In this document: piece after piece, positions 27,081 to 35,189 of the stretch | Layout: each line of letters starts with the position of its first letter | Numbering within the stretch: the stretch's first letter is position 1 | Assembly (NCBI GenBank): GCA_028135785.1 | Contig: JAOIHS010000006.1 | Location: 8,929 to 72,928 of the forward strand | Direction: 5' to 3' | Length of the DNA stretch: 64,000 nucleotides | From: SAR86 cluster bacterium | GTDB taxonomy: Bacteria; Pseudomonadota; Gammaproteobacteria; Magnimaribacterales; AG-339-G14 | Made by a program: the position numbers and the translations under genes | The notes under the pieces: generated by a model | What the model saw: the letters and a program-made list of their open reading frames with translations, nothing else | What the model was told of the DNA's origin: nothing | Databases searched by the model: none

Positions 27081-28088
27081 ATGTCTATCTTATTAACAGG
27101 AATTACTACCAGCGGAACTCCTCATTTAGGAAATTATATTGGAGCTATGAAACCTGCATTGGAATTTATTCAAGATTCAAAAGAGTCTTTTTTATTTCTA
27201 GCCGACTACCATTCCTTGATCAAGCAACAAGATCCTTCTCTGACTCATGATTCGAGTTTAAAGATCGCTTCTGCGTGGCTGGCATGTGGATTAGATCCAA
27301 ATAAAACATGCTTTTATAGGCAGTCAAAAATTCCTCAAATTTTAGAACTCAATTGGGTTTTATCAAATGTAACTTCTAAAGGGCTTTTAAATAGGGCTCA
27401 TGCTTACAAAGCAGCACAGGATATTAATAAATCTAATAATGATAACGATCTAGATAAAGGCATTAGTGCAGGTTTATTTAACTACCCCATTTTAATGGCT
27501 GCCGATATTCTTATTTTCAATTCCAACAAGGTGCCTGTAGGAAGTGATCAAAAACAACACCTTGAAATGACAAGAGATATTGCAGCTAGATTTAATCATA
27601 TTTATGGTGAAACATTTACATTGCCTGAAGCAATGATTTCTGACGACTTGCCTTTGCTCTTAGGAACAGACGGAAAAAAAATGAGTAAGTCTTATAAAAA
27701 TTTTATCGAATTATTTTCTACCGAAAAACAATTGCAAAAGAGCATAAATAAAATACAAACAGATTCACTTGAGCCTGGAGAGATCAAAAGCACCAAAGAT
27801 TCAATTTTATTTAATTACTTTCAGGCATTTTTAGACAGCACCGAATTAAAACTTATAGAGAAAAAATATGTTGAAGGAGCTGGGTGGGGAGACTTAAAAA
27901 AATTACTTTTTGACTTAGTAAATAAAGAGATCTCTTTAAGTAGAGATAGATATTTTAATTTTATTGCTGATCCTACAAAGGTGGAAGAAATTCTTCAAGA
28001 GGGAGAAAAAAGAGCTTTAAAAATAGCTGAAGAAAAAATGATAGAAATTAGAGAAAAAATAGGAATTAAATCTCTCAATGGAAAGTAA
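27081..28088 (+). CDS. trpS: tryptophan--tRNA ligase
   Basis: HIGH-type motif TSGTPHLGNYIGA, KMSKS, and class Ic pattern GSDQKQHLEMTRDIA. Confidence 0.95.
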   Translation: MSILLTGITTSGTPHLGNYIGAMKPALEFIQDSKESFLFLADYHSLIKQQDPSLTHDSSLKIASAWLACGLDPNKTCFYRQSKIPQILELNWVLSNVTSKGLLNRAHAYKAAQDINKSNNDNDLDKGISAGLFNYPILMAADILIFNSNKVPVGSDQKQHLEMTRDIAARFNHIYGETFTLPEAMISDDLPLLLGTDGKKMSKSYKNFIELFSTEKQLQKSINKIQTDSLEPGEIKSTKDSILFNYFQAFLDSTELKLIEKKYVEGAGWGDLKKLLFDLVNKEISLSRDRYFNFIADPTKVEEILQEGEKRALKIAEEKMIEIREKIGIKSLNGK

Positions 28089-28641
28089 AGACACAATTTT
28101 AGTATACCCAGAAAATTTAAAATTTGAATTTTTGGGTCTTGAATTCATGAGACTTCATGAGCATGGCCAAGGCATTATTTCGAGATCTAAATGCTCTGTT
28201 AATATAGAAAAAAGAGGGTTTCCTTTTATCATAGATAGATTTCTGAAAGAGGATTTTAATAACTTTCAATTAACAGATTTTATGTTCTTAAGAGCAAAAG
28301 GATTTCACGGACCATTCCAAAGCGCAAATCTCTCTAGTGAAGACTACCGAGAGATGCAATCAGAAGATTTATTGATTGAAGTTTTGAATATATTAAATAA
28401 ATCTAGATCGGATACTCCAAAAATAACTTCGCTGTCTTACTCAAGATATAAATATTTTCTTGATGTGATCTTGGATAGAAAATCTTTATGTTTTAAATTA
28501 CAGAGACACATTGGAGATAAAAAAAATAATGACGTTAAGTTTGAGCATGAGTGGTCACATGCCCTCAATGAATATCATGAATATTTAGTATTTAGTCTTA
28601 AAGCAGATGAATGTTTTACATTGATTCTTGCTTATGATTGA
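28078..28641 (+). CDS. hypothetical protein
   Basis: 187-aa ORF overlapping trpS by 11 nt and the next gene by 14 nt. No family recognised. Confidence 0.4.
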   Translation: MESKDTILVYPENLKFEFLGLEFMRLHEHGQGIISRSKCSVNIEKRGFPFIIDRFLKEDFNNFQLTDFMFLRAKGFHGPFQSANLSSEDYREMQSEDLLIEVLNILNKSRSDTPKITSLSYSRYKYFLDVILDRKSLCFKLQRHIGDKKNNDVKFEHEWSHALNEYHEYLVFSLKADECFTLILAYD

Positions 28642-29845
28642 CGATTCTGAAAAACCTCATAAGTCTATATGGGCTCTCGCAGCGGCACTCGCATGTGTAG
28701 GCGCTGGACAATCAACAGTATTTATTTTAATTCCATCGGAAGTAAGAGATTTGGGATTTAGTGAATTTGAAGTAGGATTAATTTTTTCAATATCTGCTTT
28801 AGCTTGGATGTTTTTTAGCCCATTTTGGGGAAGACTGAGTGATAGATTTGGAAGGGGTTGTATTTTCTTAATTGGAATGCTTGGATTTGCTATTTCAATG
28901 GCATCATTTGCAGCGATTCTTATATCAGCCAAAAATTTTTTACTTCCTTTAACATTAGTTTTTCCTCTTTTAGTTTTTACTAGGCTTATAAACGGTTTAT
29001 TAGGAAGTGCTGTGAGACCTGCTGCTGGAGGGAGAATTGCTGATCTTACATCTCCTACTACTAGAACAGCCGGCTTTGCGCGTTTTGATGCAGGTTGGCA
29101 ATTTGGAGTAGTTATTGGACCAGTGGCAGTCGGCATTCTCTTGTCTTTATTCAATGAAAATTTGTTAGCTCCATTCCTCTTTTTTGCACTTTTGGGAGCA
29201 TTAATAGGATTTTATAATTTTAAAAATATGCAGGGCCCAATTGAAAGTTTTGATGACGAAACTAAAGAAAAATTGAAATTTAATGATCGTAGAGTTTGGC
29301 CATCACTTTTAGTTGCTGCTTTTATTGGAATAGCTAATGCTTGTCTGGTTCTTACGGTAGCTTTATATACCAACGATGTAATCATAACTAATGGAGAAAG
29401 TGTTTACACAGTTGTTGCTATAGGTTTTTCCATAGTTGCTTTATCTGGAATGTTCGCAAATTTATTTATTGTTGATAAATTTTCAATTAGACCTTTAAAT
29501 TTAATTAAGTGGGGGAGTTCTTTAGTATTATTAAGTTACTTATTTTTATCTCAAGCTTCATCAATTTCAAATTTATATTTGGCATTAATTATTTATGGTC
29601 TTGGTACAGGCTTGATTAGACCTGGAAATATTTCGATTCTGTCTTTGTCTGTTAAGAAGAACGAACAAGGTGCTGCAAATGGATGGATGGGAACAGTTTT
29701 TCCAATCGGACATTTAATAACTCCTTTTACAATAATGCCGTTGTATATGATTAATCCAAATTTTCCTTATTTGATGATAAGTGCTCTAGCTTTATTGCTA
29801 ATAATATTTATACTTTTGAATCAGAAAAGATATTTTAATTATTGA
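28628..29845 (+). CDS. MFS transporter
   Basis: About 12 TM segments and the MFS loop motif GRLSDRFGR. Confidence 0.75.
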   Translation: MLMIDDSEKPHKSIWALAAALACVGAGQSTVFILIPSEVRDLGFSEFEVGLIFSISALAWMFFSPFWGRLSDRFGRGCIFLIGMLGFAISMASFAAILISAKNFLLPLTLVFPLLVFTRLINGLLGSAVRPAAGGRIADLTSPTTRTAGFARFDAGWQFGVVIGPVAVGILLSLFNENLLAPFLFFALLGALIGFYNFKNMQGPIESFDDETKEKLKFNDRRVWPSLLVAAFIGIANACLVLTVALYTNDVIITNGESVYTVVAIGFSIVALSGMFANLFIVDKFSIRPLNLIKWGSSLVLLSYLFLSQASSISNLYLALIIYGLGTGLIRPGNISILSLSVKKNEQGAANGWMGTVFPIGHLITPFTIMPLYMINPNFPYLMISALALLLIIFILLNQKRYFNY

Positions 29846-29853
29846 GATAAATT

Positions 29854-30747
29854 ATGTTCAAAGATGAATTACTAAAAGGAAAGAGAATATTAGTTACAGG
29901 TGGGGGAAGTGGTTTAGGAAAAGAAATGACTAGGCACTTTCTCAAGTATGGTGCTGAAGTTTATATTTGCGGCAGAAGAGAAAGTGTCTTGAGCGAGACT
30001 GCTAAAGAATTGATGGACGAAACTGGAGGAAAAGTTAATTACTTTGCACTGGATATAAGAGACTCTAATGCAGTTGATGCTGCAATTGAAAATATTTTCA
30101 TCGATGGTCCTTTAGATGGCTTGGTAAATAATGCAGCTGGAAATTTTATAAGTAGAACCAAAGATTTATCCCCTAACGCCTTCAATGCAATCGCAAGCAT
30201 TGTGTTTCATGGCACATTTTATATAACTAACGCTGTTGGCAGAAGATGGATCGAGTTAGGTCATAAAGGAAGCATTCTCTCTATATTGGCCACTTGGGTC
30301 TGGACTGGCTCTCCATATGTTATCCCTTCAGCTATGTCTAAATCTGGAATACATGCAATGACAAAATCATTGGCTGTTGAATGGGGTCCGCATGGAATTA
30401 GACTTAATGCTATTGCTCCAGGACCTTTTCCAACTGAAGGTGCATGGGCTAGATTAAGTCCAGAAACAGGAGATGGTAAAACATCTATAAATGATGGCGG
30501 CTCTATGTCATCTAATCCACTTGGAAGAGTCGGCGAAATGGATGAGCTTGGAAATTTAGCAACATTTTTAATGGGAGATGGATGCGAATATCTCACAGGT
30601 CAAACTATCGCAATTGATGGTGCAGCATATTTATCAGCTGGAGGAACCTTCTCAAGTTTAAGCAATTTATCTGATGACGACTGGGAAAATATCAGGTCTA
30701 CTATTAAGAAGAGCAACGATAAAGATAAGAATTTAAGAAACACCTAA
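29854..30747 (+). CDS. SDR oxidoreductase, 2,4-dienoyl-CoA reductase-like
   Basis: VTGGGSGLGKEM, NNAAGNF, and PSAMSKSG...AVEWGPHGIRLNAIAPGP, which resembles the DECR family. Confidence 0.75.
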   Translation: MFKDELLKGKRILVTGGGSGLGKEMTRHFLKYGAEVYICGRRESVLSETAKELMDETGGKVNYFALDIRDSNAVDAAIENIFIDGPLDGLVNNAAGNFISRTKDLSPNAFNAIASIVFHGTFYITNAVGRRWIELGHKGSILSILATWVWTGSPYVIPSAMSKSGIHAMTKSLAVEWGPHGIRLNAIAPGPFPTEGAWARLSPETGDGKTSINDGGSMSSNPLGRVGEMDELGNLATFLMGDGCEYLTGQTIAIDGAAYLSAGGTFSSLSNLSDDDWENIRSTIKKSNDKDKNLRNT

Positions 30748-30764
30748 ACAACAAGAGGCTAAAA

Positions 30765-32216
30765 ATGACAATAGAAACAATACAAGAAATGGAGCAAGTT
30801 CTGAAACTCCAAAAAAAATTATATGTAGAAGAGGAAACCCCTAGTATGGAATTAAGACAAGATCGTTTAGCTAGGTGTGTTGCAATGCTCAAGAAATACA
30901 ACGTAGAAATTCTTGATGCTATCCAACAGGATTTTGGCAATCGAGATTCTAAGGCCGGTTTCATGTCTGAAATCATGTCTACCATTGGCTCAATTGAATC
31001 ATCCAAGGAAAATGTTAAAAAATGGATGAAAGATGAAAAAAGAAAAAGTAACACATCTCAGCCATTTGCAATTCGTTCAATCATGTCCTTAGCTGGAGCA
31101 AAATCTTGGATTAAATATCAGCCTCTAGGCACAGTGGGTGTCATAAGCCCATGGAATTTTCCAATTAATTTAGTTTTAGCCCCATTAGGAACTATTTTTG
31201 CAGCTGGTAATCGAGTCATGATTAAACCTTCAGAATTTACTCCTGTAACCTCAGAACTAACCAAGAAAATGTTTAAAGAATATTTTGACTCAGCAGAAGC
31301 TGCTGTATTCACTGGCGGAGCAGATGTTGCAGCATCTTTTAGCTCATTAGCTTTTGACCATCTTCTTTTTACTGGCAGTACTCAGACTGGAAAACTAGTT
31401 ATGAGATCAGCTTCAGAGAATTTGGTACCTGTTACTTTAGAGCTTGGAGGGAAGTCCCCTGTAATAGTTGATGAAAAAGCTGATTTAAAGAAAACAGCTA
31501 CTCGTGTAATGAGAGGCAAAACTATGAATGCGGGTCAAATATGTTTAGCTCCAGACTATGTGATGGTTCCTAAAGGAAAATCAGAAGAATTCGTTAAAGA
31601 ATCAGAGATAGCTGTTACAGAAATGTATGAAAATCTTAAATATAACGAAAGTTATACATCTGTCATCAATGAAAAGCATTACGATCGCTTAAATAGTCTT
31701 ATTGAAGACGCCAAGCAAAAAGGAGCTGATATAAGAGTTATAAATCCAGCTAATGAAGATTTCTCTCAACAAGAAGTTCATAAAATACCTCCTACTTTGG
31801 TTTTAAACCCAACTGATGACATGGATATTATGAAAGAAGAAATATTTGGACCGCTTCTTCCAGTAAAAGAGTATGAAGATTTCAACGAAACTATAAATTA
31901 CGTTAATGCAAACGATAGACCTTTGGGACTTTATTATTTTGGAGATGATAAAAAGAGAGAAGCAGATGTTTTGAATAATACGATCTCCGGCGGAGTAACT
32001 TTAAATGATGTTATTTGGCATATAGGTCAAGAAGATATACCTTTTGGAGGTGTCGGACCCAGTGGAACTGGAAATTATCATGGGTTTGATGGGTTTAAAA
32101 ACTTTAGTCATGCAAAAGCAATATATAAACAATTTTCAATAGATTTATTAGCTCCAATGATGCCACCATACAAAGGGAAGATGTTTAAATCCACCAAAGA
32201 ATCTGTATTGAAGTAA
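30765..32216 (+). CDS. aldehyde dehydrogenase (class 3 / coniferyl-aldehyde dehydrogenase-like)
   Basis: ELGGKSP, catalytic Cys region GQICLAPDY, EEIFGPLLPV. Confidence 0.9.
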   Translation: MTIETIQEMEQVLKLQKKLYVEEETPSMELRQDRLARCVAMLKKYNVEILDAIQQDFGNRDSKAGFMSEIMSTIGSIESSKENVKKWMKDEKRKSNTSQPFAIRSIMSLAGAKSWIKYQPLGTVGVISPWNFPINLVLAPLGTIFAAGNRVMIKPSEFTPVTSELTKKMFKEYFDSAEAAVFTGGADVAASFSSLAFDHLLFTGSTQTGKLVMRSASENLVPVTLELGGKSPVIVDEKADLKKTATRVMRGKTMNAGQICLAPDYVMVPKGKSEEFVKESEIAVTEMYENLKYNESYTSVINEKHYDRLNSLIEDAKQKGADIRVINPANEDFSQQEVHKIPPTLVLNPTDDMDIMKEEIFGPLLPVKEYEDFNETINYVNANDRPLGLYYFGDDKKREADVLNNTISGGVTLNDVIWHIGQEDIPFGGVGPSGTGNYHGFDGFKNFSHAKAIYKQFSIDLLAPMMPPYKGKMFKSTKESVLK

Positions 32217-32240
32217 TCTCCTTTTACAGTCTCTTATCTT

Positions 32241-33485
32241 ATGTTTAAAGAAGATGTATCTTTATTTATTGCTTTAAAATACTTAAAGACTAAAAGAAAA
32301 GGCTTTCTTTCCTTTGTTTCATCAATGGCATTTAGTTGTATTGCTCTTGGAGTAGCAGTTTTAATTATTGTTACTTCTGTTATGAATGGTTTTGAGCGAG
32401 AACTTAAAGATAGAATTTTAAATATTATTCCACATGCAGAAATTATTGGATTAAACCCAATTTTAAATTGGGAAAAGATACAAACTAAAGCAGAAGAAAA
32501 TACAAGCGTTATAGGAGTTGCTCCTTTTATAGAGACCCAAGTATTAATCGGTTCACCAAGGGAAGTTTTCGGCTCAAATCTGATAGGAATTGAACCAGAT
32601 CTAGAATCAAGAGTTTCAGTTGTTTCTGATTTTATGATCGAAGGGACTTTTGAGAGTCTAAAAAAAAATACAAATAATATTATTCTCGGTGAGGTTTTAG
32701 CTAGAAAATTAGGTTTGGATTTAGGCGATAAAGTTTCTTTAATGTTACCTGATACAAAACCATCTTTTGCCGGATATTTTCCTAGAATTAGCAATTTCCA
32801 AGTAAGTGGAATATTTAGAGTTGGATCTTCAGATTTAGACGAATCTATTGCGTACATAAATATTTCAAAAGCCGCTAAGTTATTATCTTTAGGTGAAAAA
32901 GTTCATGGTTTGAGATTAAAATTTAGTAATTTATTTGAAGCCAATTATCTTTCATGGGAAGTTTTGATGGAAGTTGAATCAGTCTCAAATGATATGTTAA
33001 CCGTTCAAGATTGGACATATTCATATGGCCCGCTTTTTGAGGCCATAATGCAAGAAAGAGTTCTCATTGGCCTGCTCCTATCTCTAATTATCTTAGTTGC
33101 AGCATTCAATATTATTTCTATGTTGGTAATGATGATTAATGAAAAAAAATCTCAATTGGCTATTTTTAAAACTATTGGAATGAGCAAGCAAGAGATAAGA
33201 AACATTTTCTTATACTTAGGAATGATGATTTCTCTAATTGGAACAATTATTGGAACTTTTTTTGGTCTGCTAATTACTCTCTTTTTATCAACGCCATTTA
33301 TGGAAAGTCTAATGTCATTTTTAATGAGAGGTAGTTATTTTATAAATTATTTTCCAACAGATATAAGGCTTTCATGGATATCTTTAATAATAATTGGAAC
33401 TTTAACAATAACAGTTTCTGTCTGCTTGTATCCTGCATTTTTAGCTTCAAAAATTATTCCTGCGGAGGTTTTACGAAATGAGTAG
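32241..33485 (+). CDS. lolC: lipoprotein-releasing ABC transporter permease (LolC/LolE family)
   Basis: FIALKYLKTKRKGFLSFVS N-terminus, periplasmic domain and C-terminal FtsX-type TM bundle. Followed by lolD. Confidence 0.85.
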   Translation: MFKEDVSLFIALKYLKTKRKGFLSFVSSMAFSCIALGVAVLIIVTSVMNGFERELKDRILNIIPHAEIIGLNPILNWEKIQTKAEENTSVIGVAPFIETQVLIGSPREVFGSNLIGIEPDLESRVSVVSDFMIEGTFESLKKNTNNIILGEVLARKLGLDLGDKVSLMLPDTKPSFAGYFPRISNFQVSGIFRVGSSDLDESIAYINISKAAKLLSLGEKVHGLRLKFSNLFEANYLSWEVLMEVESVSNDMLTVQDWTYSYGPLFEAIMQERVLIGLLLSLIILVAAFNIISMLVMMINEKKSQLAIFKTIGMSKQEIRNIFLYLGMMISLIGTIIGTFFGLLITLFLSTPFMESLMSFLMRGSYFINYFPTDIRLSWISLIIIGTLTITVSVCLYPAFLASKIIPAEVLRNE

Positions 33486-34149
33486 CCTTCTTTCAATAAA
33501 TGGTTTAGAAAAAGTTTTTTTAGAGGATTCAAATCCTATAAGCGCAGTTAAGGATATATCTTTTGATTTGAGAGAATCTGAAATTTTAGTAATTTTTGGA
33601 CGTTCTGGGTCGGGTAAAACAACATTGCTTCACTTAATAGCTGGTTTAGAAAGTATTTCACAAGGCTCTATCTTGTTTCAAAGTAATTCGATCAACGAGA
33701 TGTCTCCTGATGAACTGACTTTGTTAAGAAGAGATAATATCGGCTTTGTTTATCAATTTCATCACTTAGTGAACGAATTTACTGCTATAGAGAATGTCTC
33801 TTTACCGCTAATTCTAAATGGCTCTAAAAGATATAAAGCTAATAATAAAGCTAAAATTTTATTAAATAATTTTGGACTTGGCCATAGAGAAAATCATAAA
33901 CCAAGTGAATTATCTGGTGGAGAAAGACAAAGAGTTGCAATTTGCAGAGCTTTAATTAACGAACCAAGTTTAGTCTTATTAGACGAGCCGACAGGAGATT
34001 TAGATAGAGAAACTGCGGAACAAGTTATCAAAGAGCTCAAAGATTATTTAAATAATTCGAAAGCATCTTTAATCATCGCAACTCATGACAAAAATTTTGA
34101 AAAAATTGCTACCTCTATTAAAACGATGGATTCAGGAATTTTTATTTAA
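33478..34149 (+). CDS. lolD: lipoprotein-releasing ABC transporter ATP-binding protein
   Basis: Walker A GRSGSGKTT, signature LSGGERQR, Walker B LVLLDEPTG. Confidence 0.9.
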   Translation: MSSLLSINGLEKVFLEDSNPISAVKDISFDLRESEILVIFGRSGSGKTTLLHLIAGLESISQGSILFQSNSINEMSPDELTLLRRDNIGFVYQFHHLVNEFTAIENVSLPLILNGSKRYKANNKAKILLNNFGLGHRENHKPSELSGGERQRVAICRALINEPSLVLLDEPTGDLDRETAEQVIKELKDYLNNSKASLIIATHDKNFEKIATSIKTMDSGIFI

Positions 34150-34175
34150 ATTAAAATTAAATAAAGGGAAATTTT

Positions 34176-34778
34176 ATGGCGTATATTCTTTTATCTGGGG
34201 GCATAATAATCTGGCCTATTATTCTGCTTTCTATAATAGCTCTAGCTATTTTAATAGAAAAAACTTGGAATCTTTCTAGAGATATAGTTCTGCCTAGAAA
34301 TCTAACTGCACACGTTATTTCTCAAATTGAAAAGAAATCCTTATCTTCTGCAATGAAAGAAAAGATGAAAAAGGATTCAATTCAGGGATCAATCTTTTTT
34401 TCAATTCTAGAAGAAAAAGTAAAATCTAAATCTATTTTAAGGTTGAGAGCTGAAGAAATCGGAAGATACGAAATAAACAGGTTAGAAAAATTTTTGACTC
34501 TACTTGGAACAATTGCTTCTGTATCTCCTATTTTAGGTTTGCTAGGCACAGTCATGGGCATGATATCGGTTTTTAGTAATCTGTTGGATTCGGGAAGTAA
34601 TGCTATTGCTCCATTAGCGGGAGGCATTGCAGAAGCACTAGTCACAACGGCCGCAGGTCTTATTATCGCAATTCCTAGTTTAATTTTTTATAGATCATTT
34701 CACAGAACAATAGAAAATTATTCATTAGAGCTCGAAGAAGAATCAAATAAATTAATTCATTACATTTCCGAAGATTGA
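34176..34778 (+). CDS. exbB: MotA/TolQ/ExbB-family proton channel protein
   Basis: Three TM segments and the conserved LGLLGTVMGMI...GGIAEALVTTAAGL. Confidence 0.85.
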   Translation: MAYILLSGGIIIWPIILLSIIALAILIEKTWNLSRDIVLPRNLTAHVISQIEKKSLSSAMKEKMKKDSIQGSIFFSILEEKVKSKSILRLRAEEIGRYEINRLEKFLTLLGTIASVSPILGLLGTVMGMISVFSNLLDSGSNAIAPLAGGIAEALVTTAAGLIIAIPSLIFYRSFHRTIENYSLELEEESNKLIHYISED

Positions 34779-35188
34779 AATTTCAAAGAAAAAAATCACC
34801 TGAGATTGCCCTAGAGATAACTCCATTAGTGGACGTAATATTTTTACTATTAATTTTTTTTGTACTGAGTACAAACTTTGTCGATGTAAAAATAATGAAC
34901 ATTAATCTTCCTGAAATTCAAAATTTATCTTATGAGGGTTCATCCGAAAGAAGCTTGAATATCGAAATATCAAAAGAAGGAAAGGTTTCCATTGACGGCA
35001 AAGAAATAGAAAATTTTTCATTTAATTCATTTAATAATGAACTTAGTTTTGTATCTACAGATATAACTACAGCTGAAATTTCAGCTGATTCCGATACAAA
35101 ATATCAATATTTAGTTACTATTATGGAAGCTTTAAATAAAAAAGGATTCAAAAATATTCAAATGAATGGTGTTTCTTCGCCTAAATAA
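34775..35188 (+). CDS. exbD: ExbD/TolR-family biopolymer transport protein
   Basis: EITPLVDVIFLLLIFF anchor motif. TTG start overlaps the exbB TGA (TTGA). Confidence 0.8.
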   Translation: MKFQRKKSPEIALEITPLVDVIFLLLIFFVLSTNFVDVKIMNINLPEIQNLSYEGSSERSLNIEISKEGKVSIDGKEIENFSFNSFNNELSFVSTDITTAEISADSDTKYQYLVTIMEALNKKGFKNIQMNGVSSPK

Positions 35189-35189
35189 T

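Noticed and set aside
26987-27250. 87-aa ORF overlapping the trpS start
   Set aside because: It runs through the terminator and out of frame into trpS, has no SD and has low-complexity composition. It was kept only as a possible short leader-peptide idea in the trpS finding.
32234-32857. 207-aa minus-strand ORF
   Set aside because: Shadow ORF antisense to the well-supported lolC/E gene. The same reasoning applies to 28657..29154, 30261..30596, 30704..31054, 42225..42563, 43510..43770, 20722..21105, 21303..21683, 13573..13852, 4565..4804, 8184..8378, 8465..8852, 36068..36331, 53752..54039 and the other short track ORFs nested in longer motif-supported genes.
35166-35189. Upstream ATG 35166 as the msbA start
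   Set aside because: It overlaps the exbD end. ATG 35190 follows the exbD stop directly and gives a typical MsbA N-terminus.
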